This document shows, piece after piece, positions 25,901 through 33,450 of a stretch of 38,708 nt of DNA. Within the stretch, counting starts at the first letter, position 1. Each line of letters opens with the position of its first letter. Position numbers and translations under genes: made by a program. The stretch is taken from the IMG/VR virus record IMGVR_UViG_3300032257_000051, positions 1 through 38,708 of that record; one strand, given 5' to 3'. This DNA comes from an uncultured virus (IMG/VR IMGVR_UViG_3300032257_000051). The notes beneath the pieces were generated by a model. It saw only the letters and a program-made list of their open reading frames with translations, was not told the origin of the DNA and did not search any database.

Positions 25901-28900
25901 GTGGTTCTTCTGATACATGGAGGCCAGGTCACGCTGGACCCGATAGATCGGTGCGGTCGCGTCAAACATCGCGGCATAGAAGCCCTCGATCCAGTCGGCC
26001 ACCAGGGAGCCGCCTCGATAGCCGGCCTCCTCGCGCATGTTCTTCACGCCATCGATGATGCCAGAGATCCCGTTGCGGACACCCGTCCGAGAGATGTGGC
26101 CCTCAATCGCCCTGGCGGACGACTGGGTCATGTATCGGTTGTAGCGCCGGCTGAGCTCCTGGAGGCCGCTCATCAGCTTCTCATCAGCAGAGAAGAAGGC
26201 GTCCACAAAAGACTTCAGGGCGTTGGGTGTGTTCTTGGCCAGGTAGACCGGGCTCTCGACGAAGATGCGGACCATCTCGGCGAAGGCCTCGTCCATCTGC
26301 TCGCCTGCGCGAACATCGACACCAGCATTGAGCTGGAGCATCTCCTGGCCAGCTTCCCGGACCAGTTTCGCATAGGCCTCCGGGTGACGAGCTGCCAGCA
26401 TGTGGCCGGCCTCATGCACCAGGGTGGCGAAGTCTTCACCAAAGCGCAGGCGGATCTCGTGGGTGCGCTCGTTGAACTCACCGTCGGCACCACGCTGGGT
26501 CATCCGGCCTTCAGTCACAGCCGTGCCCAGGATGCGCTTCAGATCCTCGACCAGGTCGCGGATCGCTACGGTCTCCAACTTCTCGTCCAGGAGGCCTTCC
26601 ATCTTGGCGTCGGCATCCTCGGCCACAGCCCCGTCCTCATTGACAGGGATCGGGCGGCCCCGTTGCCTGGATCCTGGAGCGTTGGCGTACTTCTTCCTCT
26701 TTCGGCGAGCCAGGGTGCGCTCAGAAGTCGGGACGATGAACAGGCTGTCCATCACACGCCGGCCTTCCAGGTCGAGCGAGATCTGATCAGATCCACGCAG
26801 GGCGCGATAGATCTCTCCCATCCAGTTCTTGAACGCCTCGAACGCGCCTTCCAGGCCTTCGACCGGAGCAACGCCCTCTTTCAGGTATGCCTCGAAACCC
26901 TCGGCGAACTTTTCGTGCTGTTCGCGAGTAGGGCGGGCACCCTCCTCCACGCCCAGCCACTGGCGCATCGCATCATATTCTTCCTTGATGACCTTGCTGT
27001 CAGCTGCGAGCTCTCGGTACATCTCCAGGAAGAGGTGCGCGCTCTCGTGCATGAAGCTCGACACATCGGACTGCTCACCCAGGCGGATCAGAACCTCATT
27101 GCCAGAGAAGACACCGCCCTCCGGGATCGTCACCGAGGCGCGGTTCTCCTGCTTCATGAAGTCAGGGTTCGAACCATCGAAGGCTCCCTCGTTGAAAGGG
27201 GACTTGATCTGCTCAGGAGAGAACACCACCCAGCTCGTGGATCCATAATCCTCGGCGCGATTGGTGTACTTGATGCCGTCATAACCCTCTTCGATGAGAC
27301 GGTTCATGATGTTCTCGTGCGATGTCGGGACGAGACCAGGCATCAGGTCGGTGTCCCTGGGCCCCGCCTTGATCTGCTCGCGGATATACTCCGCCAGGTC
27401 TGGCCGTCCATTATCATCGATGACGTCAGCCACCTGGTCGAACATATCGTTGTCATTCTGCCAAGGTCTGGTGATGAACCCTCGGCGCGGACCCGCTTCT
27501 CTGCCTACGTCGATGGGATTGTTGATCCGCAGATAGACAGGCAGCGTCCGTTCGCCGACCTCCGCTCCCTTGTTGGTGTTTTCTCCGCGCGTCCCTGATC
27601 GATCCTTCGCCGCCTGCTGGGTGCCAAAGTGGCTCAGGATCTTGAACTGACTGAAGTCACTCCAGTGATTGGTGTTGTGATACTGCGGCTCCGGGTTGCC
27701 CTGGCCATCGACAACCTTGCTGTCCTCCCACCAGGCCTTGAACTCCTGGGTCTCAGTTGGAGACTGCATCAGGATGTTGGGATTGGATCCGTCGAAGCTC
27801 CCCTCGTTGAAAGGAGACTTGATTTGACCAGCCTGGAAAGCGTTCCAGGTGAGCTCGCCCTCCTCGAAAGCGCTCATGCCATCAAAGCCAGCGCCCTCAA
27901 TCTTCCGGCGGAAGACATCATCAAAGGCGAACATCTCGAACGCCGTGGTGTCGATGTCTTTGCCCTTCATGCTGCGGAAGGATGTGTCCTCAATGGTGAA
28001 GGCCGTGCCGTTTGCCTCGTTGACAGCGTCCAGGATCTCCTGGGCACCATAGTTCTCTGACATGTCGATCTGTTCGGGGACGACAAACGGGTTCTCAATC
28101 CGCAGGTATGCGGGGATCGTTCTCGGCTGCCCATCACCATCATCGTTGTACTTTTCGGTGACGCTGGGGTTCACAGCAAACCACGCCCCGAAGTCCAGGG
28201 TATCGAACGACACGAAGTCATTGGGCGTGCCATGGTAGACAACCAGGGGCAGGCCATCAGGGCCCACCACCTTGCTGTCACCGAACCACTCCCGGAACTC
28301 AGGCGTGCTGACCGGGTCGATGTCTCCCGACTGATTGAGGGTGAAGCTGTCGTCCGTTACCGGGGCTGTTGTTGCAGCATCCTGCGGGTTAAGCGTCGTC
28401 TCAGATCCGGCTGTTGATCCAGCAGATCCAGGCCGTCCGCTCCGCCCAGCATCCTGGCCACCTTGGGCCGCGATTTCTTTTGCGATTTCTTCATAGCTAA
28501 TATCCGCCGTCTGGCGAGCTCCCATCTGTCCGTACAAACGCTTTTCATAGTACCACAGAACGGCCTGGATGTCAGCAATGGACATCTCGACGCCGCGCCG
28601 CTTCAGCCGGCGACGGACATTCTCCGTCGTGCGGATCATGAACTCCCGGTCAGAAGCGTTGAAGGGCTGATCTTCCAGAGCCTCGTAAGCGTGCTTATAG
28701 AGGGTGTTGGCAGCCTTCTCGGTGATCGTGCCGTTCTTGTATCCCTTCGCGGCATAGGACGCCACATACTCAACCGTGTGAGCCAGGAGCTGGTGGTCGG
28801 TCATCGCCTCCTGGGAAGTGTCCAGGCCCGTATCGTGGCGCAGCAGATCCCGGAAGCGAGCCAGGCCCGCCTCTGTCGGTTGCGCCAGGAGCGTCCCGCG

Positions 28901-31900
28901 CATCCGGTTGAAGGTCCGGGACCACCAGCGGTCCATCGTCAGATAGCCGGTGTCGCCCATCAGATTGGCGTAGAAGGCACCCAGCTTTGGACCGAAGACC
29001 AGGGCGGCATTCGGCAGCTGCATGTCTGCCTTGTAGGCGACGTTGAACTCCACGCCCTCGGCGCGGGCCTGGGCCCTCAGATTAGAGACCGTGTCTTTCT
29101 TCAGCAGCCAGGTGTGCATGCCCTGGGGGCCGCGATTGATCAGAACGTCCTGGATGTTGGCCAGGTTCACCCGCATGGACTTGTTGCGCTCGCCCCCGAA
29201 GGTGACATCGTTTGAGACCGTGCCGTCATTGCGGAACTGCTCATAGACCTGGGCGGCAAAGCGGAAGTTCTCACGAACCTTCGCGCCGTCCGATGTGATG
29301 GCGATCAGCGCCGTCATGAAGTTGCGGGCGGCCTGCTGGCTTCCCAGGATCTTCACGCCAGGGAGATCGGCAGACATGTCCCCGGCCAGCTCAGGAAACC
29401 GCGCGGCCATCTCATCGAGAGCACGCTGGAACTTTTCGGTGTACCATCCGACAGCTGACTTCCCAGGCTGCTGAGCGGCCAGGTCAACCTCGAACATGAC
29501 CTCATCGACCATCCAGCCGGCAATACGACGCGCAGCTGCTGGGGAATAGTCGCCACGCTCGATGGTGCCGTACTTCTTCCGCTGGCGCGCCTCCAGGGCC
29601 GCAGCGATCTCGCGGGTCTTGTAAGTCTTGCCAGGCTCCAGGCCGTACTTCTTCAGGGTCTGAGTGCCACGGCGAAGCGGCACAGACTGGTTGAGGGTCT
29701 GGCTGTTGGCGAACGGGCTCGGCTTGCCCTTGTAGACAGACGCTGGGCTGATAGCGATCTGCTCATTGAGAACCTGGTCATTCATGTCCTCAGTCGCGCC
29801 TGGGGCCGTAGCACGGCGCTCCTCTGCAGACATGTTTCTGCGGGCCTCGGTGTTCCTGGCCTCAACCTCTCCGGCCAGGGCCATGTAGAAGGCGTAGTTG
29901 CCCGGCTGCACCCAGGAGGCCATGCCCTCGTCGAGCACGAGCTCGGCACCATGGTCGCCATAGATCTCTCTGGCGCGCTCGCGGATGGGTGCCATCTCGG
30001 GGCTCTCCAGGAAAGCCTTGTATTCCTGGAAGGCCACCTCGGCGAGCTGGGTCGCGTCCTCTTCGGTCAGGGTCTCATTATTCGCGGCGCGGGCGTTCAG
30101 CTCTTCGACAACCACCGCATTAAGAAGCTGCTCATATGCCATCCGCTGGTCCGGGAAGAGCACGATCTCGGGATCCTCCAGAAGGCGGGTCCGCATCGTT
30201 GGCTCATCGAGCGTGTGAATAGCCTCTACCAGGAGCTCTCGGTTCGGCGTTCCATCTGCGAACTCAGCAGACAGATCGGTCCATCCGTTGCCCATGGTCT
30301 CGGCATAGTAGGCCTTCGCCTGGTCAGGATTGCCGCCAGGTGCAAAGCGCTCGATGTGCTGGATGGCGTGTTGCGTCTCGTGCATCAGCGTGCCCAGGGC
30401 GGCGTCCATGCTTGGAGCCTCAACCTGGATCACGGTGCCAAAGGATTGCGGCCCAGCGGAAGGATCCCCGTCCAGGATCTCGCCATAGCCGCCAGAGATC
30501 TGGGCCTCTTTCAGGGACGGGTCGATGCGGACCTGTGTCTTCAAGCGCTGCAGAACCGGGTAAGCATCGAACAGCTGCTCGTGCTGGATCATGTCGCCCA
30601 TCGGGCCTTCCTGCCAGCCGGTTTCGTTCGGGTCGAGATATCCTTCGGCCCAGGATGCCTGGCTGTCGTCAACCTCGAAGCGCCACTTGCGGTCCTGGCC
30701 ACGATGCCAGCCGGTTTCCTGGCGGATCTCTTCAGGCGTTGTGCCGGCGCTGTCCAGCTCCTGGGCGCGAGCCAGGGAAGTGCGGTCTGCCGTCTTCGCG
30801 TTCACGCCGGCAAACTGCTGGAGCTCGTTGGAGGCCTGCCCAGGCTCGCCCTGCTCGATCCGCAGGTTCATGTCTTTGATACGCGCAGCGAAGGCTTCAG
30901 GATCCTTGGTCGCCAAGGTCTCCAGTTTCGCCTGGAAAATGGCCGTCGAGGCAATGATCTCACCGTCCTCCTGGCCTTGCTGTGCCAGGCCCTGGGAGAC
31001 AACATCGACCAGCCGGTCGATCTCGGGCTGGATCTCCTGGGGAACCACGCCTTCGAGGCCAGGTTCAGGGAGCGGCATGCTGCGGCGCTCTGCTTCATCG
31101 CGCAGCGTCTCCAGCTCAGAGACGTGGCCGTCAAGCTGATTGATGATCTCGGGGGTGGAGTATCCCTGGGCCTTCATTGCATCCCAGGCAGCGTTGTACT
31201 CGACCTCTCCCTGGATGATCGCCGCAGCCAGGAGATCGTCGGACAGAGCCCTCTGGCCACTGTTTGCCAGCTGGCCACCGACAGAGACACCGCCGCCGAC
31301 CGCAAAGCCGATCAGGCCACCAAGAGCTGCCGCGTACCCAGCGCCCTCCAGGACGTCCCGATCTGGATCCCAGCCGACCGTGCGGGCGTTGATGTTTTGA
31401 GCAATATGCGCGCCGCCTTCCTGGATCGCCTCTTCCAGGCTCTCCGCTCCGCCTTCTTGCAGAACGCGCCGCCAGGAAAAGCGCCTTGGCATGAAGCGCT
31501 CGACGCGCCCCATGGCCCGGCTCAGAGGGATGGCCTCGGTTACGCCGATGCCCATGCCGACCAGGGTGCCAATCGCTCCCTGAGCAAACGAAGCATCGTG
31601 CGCGACAGCATCTTCCAGCGCCTGAGATCCGCCCTGGGTCGAGCCCATAGCCATCATGGCAGGAAGTCTCGCGGACCCGGCAACAACGCCGCCGGCCAGG
31701 TAAGGCACGGTCGATCCGAGGCCCTCACCAAGGGCCTGGCCGATCTGCTGCTGCTGCTGTCTGAAGCTATCGGTCGGGAAGATCTCTTGCTGCTGCTCGC
31801 GATAAGCGTCGGCTTGACCGTAGAGCCAGGTGTCTTCCTGGGGCATTTCACCCCGGAGCGCAGCCTCCACATTGGAGGCGACCCGGAGCGCATCAGACGG

Positions 31901-32452
31901 CAGACGGGTGGCTTCATTCACGAAGCCGTGAGCCGCCGACGGAAGGGCGTGCATAGTCGTGCCCTCTTCCTCGCCATCCACAACGCGCTGAGCTCGCTCT
32001 AAAGCCTCATTGGCGGCCTGTTCATCCGCCCGAGCATTATGGCGTGCAACATTCCCCCATACGTGCTGACTGACGCCGCCGCCAATCGGAAAGGGGATGT
32101 CATCAACGCCGCCGTCTTCGACAAACTCTCGATAGGCCCGCCGCATTGGGGCACGGCGCTCCTGGTGGGCAAGATCCCGCTCATTGGACCGCTGCCGTTC
32201 TTCATCATCGAGATAGAATAAACCAGGGAAGCGCTCCTGGAGTGCCTGGTAGCCCTCCCGAGCACCGCCCAGCGGCGTGAAACCACTCTCGACCGCCCGG
32301 ACCCTCTCCCAGAAGGATGGGGCAGCCTCGACCGGCGGGGTGGGCGCAGCGCCACCTTGTTCAGAGAGGATCTCTTCTCGGCGGGCTCGGATTTGCTCCA
32401 AGAGCCGCTGGCGACGTTCCTCTGGCGTTTCCTGCTGTTCGATGAGAGCCAT
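22946..32452 (-). CDS. Giant polyvalent virion/ejection protein (LPD23-like + zincin, glycosylase-like, two ART-PolyVal-like, two further HExxH, LPD38-like)
   Basis: 3168-aa ORF at the end of the ejection-gene block. Motifs: TGWHRG.D.KWRFEVDD, HETQH..AGEVEAR, GWY..GPKLGAF..TMDRW..QAVLW, two F..W..DSKVV..YH.T..YLRI.NP..G.DG..QIKS domains, HESAH, HEAGH, PFFN...QG and RMPKPFE. Confidence 0.88.
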   Translation of the reverse strand: MALIEQQETPEERRQRLLEQIRARREEILSEQGGAAPTPPVEAAPSFWERVRAVESGFTPLGGAREGYQALQERFPGLFYLDDEERQRSNERDLAHQERRAPMRRAYREFVEDGGVDDIPFPIGGGVSQHVWGNVARHNARADEQAANEALERAQRVVDGEEEGTTMHALPSAAHGFVNEATRLPSDALRVASNVEAALRGEMPQEDTWLYGQADAYREQQQEIFPTDSFRQQQQQIGQALGEGLGSTVPYLAGGVVAGSARLPAMMAMGSTQGGSQALEDAVAHDASFAQGAIGTLVGMGIGVTEAIPLSRAMGRVERFMPRRFSWRRVLQEGGAESLEEAIQEGGAHIAQNINARTVGWDPDRDVLEGAGYAAALGGLIGFAVGGGVSVGGQLANSGQRALSDDLLAAAIIQGEVEYNAAWDAMKAQGYSTPEIINQLDGHVSELETLRDEAERRSMPLPEPGLEGVVPQEIQPEIDRLVDVVSQGLAQQGQEDGEIIASTAIFQAKLETLATKDPEAFAARIKDMNLRIEQGEPGQASNELQQFAGVNAKTADRTSLARAQELDSAGTTPEEIRQETGWHRGQDRKWRFEVDDSQASWAEGYLDPNETGWQEGPMGDMIQHEQLFDAYPVLQRLKTQVRIDPSLKEAQISGGYGEILDGDPSAGPQSFGTVIQVEAPSMDAALGTLMHETQHAIQHIERFAPGGNPDQAKAYYAETMGNGWTDLSAEFADGTPNRELLVEAIHTLDEPTMRTRLLEDPEIVLFPDQRMAYEQLLNAVVVEELNARAANNETLTEEDATQLAEVAFQEYKAFLESPEMAPIRERAREIYGDHGAELVLDEGMASWVQPGNYAFYMALAGEVEARNTEARRNMSAEERRATAPGATEDMNDQVLNEQIAISPASVYKGKPSPFANSQTLNQSVPLRRGTQTLKKYGLEPGKTYKTREIAAALEARQRKKYGTIERGDYSPAAARRIAGWMVDEVMFEVDLAAQQPGKSAVGWYTEKFQRALDEMAARFPELAGDMSADLPGVKILGSQQAARNFMTALIAITSDGAKVRENFRFAAQVYEQFRNDGTVSNDVTFGGERNKSMRVNLANIQDVLINRGPQGMHTWLLKKDTVSNLRAQARAEGVEFNVAYKADMQLPNAALVFGPKLGAFYANLMGDTGYLTMDRWWSRTFNRMRGTLLAQPTEAGLARFRDLLRHDTGLDTSQEAMTDHQLLAHTVEYVASYAAKGYKNGTITEKAANTLYKHAYEALEDQPFNASDREFMIRTTENVRRRLKRRGVEMSIADIQAVLWYYEKRLYGQMGARQTADISYEEIAKEIAAQGGQDAGRSGRPGSAGSTAGSETTLNPQDAATTAPVTDDSFTLNQSGDIDPVSTPEFREWFGDSKVVGPDGLPLVVYHGTPNDFVSFDTLDFGAWFAVNPSVTEKYNDDGDGQPRTIPAYLRIENPFVVPEQIDMSENYGAQEILDAVNEANGTAFTIEDTSFRSMKGKDIDTTAFEMFAFDDVFRRKIEGAGFDGMSAFEEGELTWNAFQAGQIKSPFNEGSFDGSNPNILMQSPTETQEFKAWWEDSKVVDGQGNPEPQYHNTNHWSDFSQFKILSHFGTQQAAKDRSGTRGENTNKGAEVGERTLPVYLRINNPIDVGREAGPRRGFITRPWQNDNDMFDQVADVIDDNGRPDLAEYIREQIKAGPRDTDLMPGLVPTSHENIMNRLIEEGYDGIKYTNRAEDYGSTSWVVFSPEQIKSPFNEGAFDGSNPDFMKQENRASVTIPEGGVFSGNEVLIRLGEQSDVSSFMHESAHLFLEMYRELAADSKVIKEEYDAMRQWLGVEEGARPTREQHEKFAEGFEAYLKEGVAPVEGLEGAFEAFKNWMGEIYRALRGSDQISLDLEGRRVMDSLFIVPTSERTLARRKRKKYANAPGSRQRGRPIPVNEDGAVAEDADAKMEGLLDEKLETVAIRDLVEDLKRILGTAVTEGRMTQRGADGEFNERTHEIRLRFGEDFATLVHEAGHMLAARHPEAYAKLVREAGQEMLQLNAGVDVRAGEQMDEAFAEMVRIFVESPVYLAKNTPNALKSFVDAFFSADEKLMSGLQELSRRYNRYMTQSSARAIEGHISRTGVRNGISGIIDGVKNMREEAGYRGGSLVADWIEGFYAAMFDATAPIYRVQRDLASMYQKNHGTNYDFSPSNDFSRLARLAADGYQGGSVDIMNGVVGFKKLKAEGPALGKALQLALGDNVMTEWKEERVDQFGAYLASRRIIEEYRRKDEGLLRRNPDRYSLAEHLQAVRDHEAANPKWREAADMVNEWGRNLLKKKLDAGFITQEQYTRFTETRSFYVPLLRDTRRGRGSVNSTSSANNNDNRIRRFQGSDRSIINPIESMIRDAYQTNQAIWRNETIGALYDMAVATGAGSAEILTEVPAQQTVVQGVDAKKIFRLAAERAGVDEQDAALVVGAMEEALDGQTMTMIYGLENAPELGEQIVYLWRDGQRKMLRLNNDKRGQMLWDALVGLGKDRHHWLVDLVSLPTRILTQSITGHPAFPLVNWVRDQFATATLSPNGFTPFVTGAEGAANLFGNPELVQEYMVAGGHMGGINASIAERNQRSANVQDLRSGRQAREVGSWRGVSAAFDVTESSTRLGNYKAYRKMAKKLGMSDWDAALHSAYQARDVIDYRRKGGSMTAYIFGRLIPFFNPALQGTEKAVRTALGGRTLRELPRLMRPIFSGRKPNLSEAEKQDLRAALTMWPWMAAMAAFSAMLTAAHQDDPDYAEIDDRMRATHWHLWKDENGNWIRMPKPFELAVPANILERYLLASYWDDPTQRGQAFLDLQHTMLPPGEIPILQVAGELMTNEQFDNGRPIVPDHMSGLPAPLQYSERTSSFSRWVGESMGWSPMLIDHMLFSLGGTYAADYRILERGMDPNAPAMGTDQQLIIRRFIDNPSTGSQSVTDFWREANRRGGNLSKAQAAYRALVDAGETERALAYFRDLDPVSQEWVLVNTHGAGSLRFNALAPGARDAHPMRRGQEMMQINSQIRRMLSDNSLRAPGSNQVIELPGEERGMAIDLLRAMNVWEADNALRQTGFHGRIGRPQADYDVLWETLEEVSPDVARLYQQRTGQAVGYDLIDADMAATRWQNSRGQVREIAQDTERVRGLIQMRQAEMRMRER

Positions 32453-32463
32453 GTCTCAGATCC

Positions 32464-33450
32464 TTATTGTGGTGGGCGCAGCAGGGCCTCCGCCGCTTCC
32501 AGCCTTTCCAGCTCAGATTCCGGCTCCGAACCATCCTCCCCGCCATTCATCAGAGACAATACCTGGTTTCGTGTGGTTTCATCCAGGTTCTGCAGCACCA
32601 TAGTCATCGCAAAGGCGTCATTGAAGCCCATGCCCGTCGAAGGTCTGTCGTTTTGATAGATCGCATTCGTGATGCCCTGGAGCCGCGTGACTTCCTCCGG
32701 CGGGATGTCGCCATCCGGGAAGCGTGAGATCACATCGTTGGCGACGCTCGCTATCACGGAGTCCCGAGAGTTGCGGGGCTGATCGACACCCGTCATCAAG
32801 CGCAGGGCGCTGTCGCGCTCTTCACCTTCCAGGCCCATGGCGTCCACAACACGGACGACCTCCGGCGGACGGTTGTCTTGGTCAATCTGGTGATCGAGGC
32901 GATCCGCCTCCAGACCCAGGCGGGCGCGATCAATGCCGAGGCCTTGACGCTGAATATCCCGACCGGCCTCGCCTTCGCTGGCTTGGAAGTCACGCTGGTC
33001 CTGCGCCATGCCGCGCTGGTGGTCCTGGCTGCCCTGCGCCATCTCGCGTTGGAAGTCGCGACCCTGGCGAGCCTGAAGCGCCTGCATAGCCGCCTCCTCG
33101 CCGCCCATGGCGTAGGCCTGCCAGAAGGACGTGTCGCTCTCTGGGACTGTATCGCGCAGATGCTGGAAGCGCAGCTGCCGGCGACGGGCGTCTTCGGTCG
33201 ATGAGCGTACCCGCTCCTGCTGGTCGTTCCATGCGTTTATGTGTCCGCCCTGGCGGCCATCGTATGATGCGCCCATGTCCTGCATGGTTGCGCCAACCCC
33301 CTGGAGGGCCTGGGCCCAGCGGGGAAGCTGTTGCGGCGCATCTTGCTTGATGTCCCGCTCCATGTTGCTGAGAGCGCTGGATCTATTGGATCCACCGCCG
33401 GCACCAGCCTGCTTCGCGAGCTGTGCTAGTCGAGGATTAAAGCCAAACAT
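32464..33450 (-). CDS. Putative ejection (DNA pilot) protein
   Basis: 328 aa, helical and Q/R/A-rich. Lies between two other ejection-type genes. Confidence 0.65.
   Translation of the reverse strand: MFGFNPRLAQLAKQAGAGGGSNRSSALSNMERDIKQDAPQQLPRWAQALQGVGATMQDMGASYDGRQGGHINAWNDQQERVRSSTEDARRRQLRFQHLRDTVPESDTSFWQAYAMGGEEAAMQALQARQGRDFQREMAQGSQDHQRGMAQDQRDFQASEGEAGRDIQRQGLGIDRARLGLEADRLDHQIDQDNRPPEVVRVVDAMGLEGEERDSALRLMTGVDQPRNSRDSVIASVANDVISRFPDGDIPPEEVTRLQGITNAIYQNDRPSTGMGFNDAFAMTMVLQNLDETTRNQVLSLMNGGEDGSEPESELERLEAAEALLRPPQ

Noticed and set aside
29951-32002. 683-aa plus-strand ORF (also 25901..27598, 3308..4576 and many smaller antisense ORFs)
   Set aside because: They lie antisense to well-supported genes, have no recognisable motifs, and are the expected shadow ORFs of high-GC codon bias.
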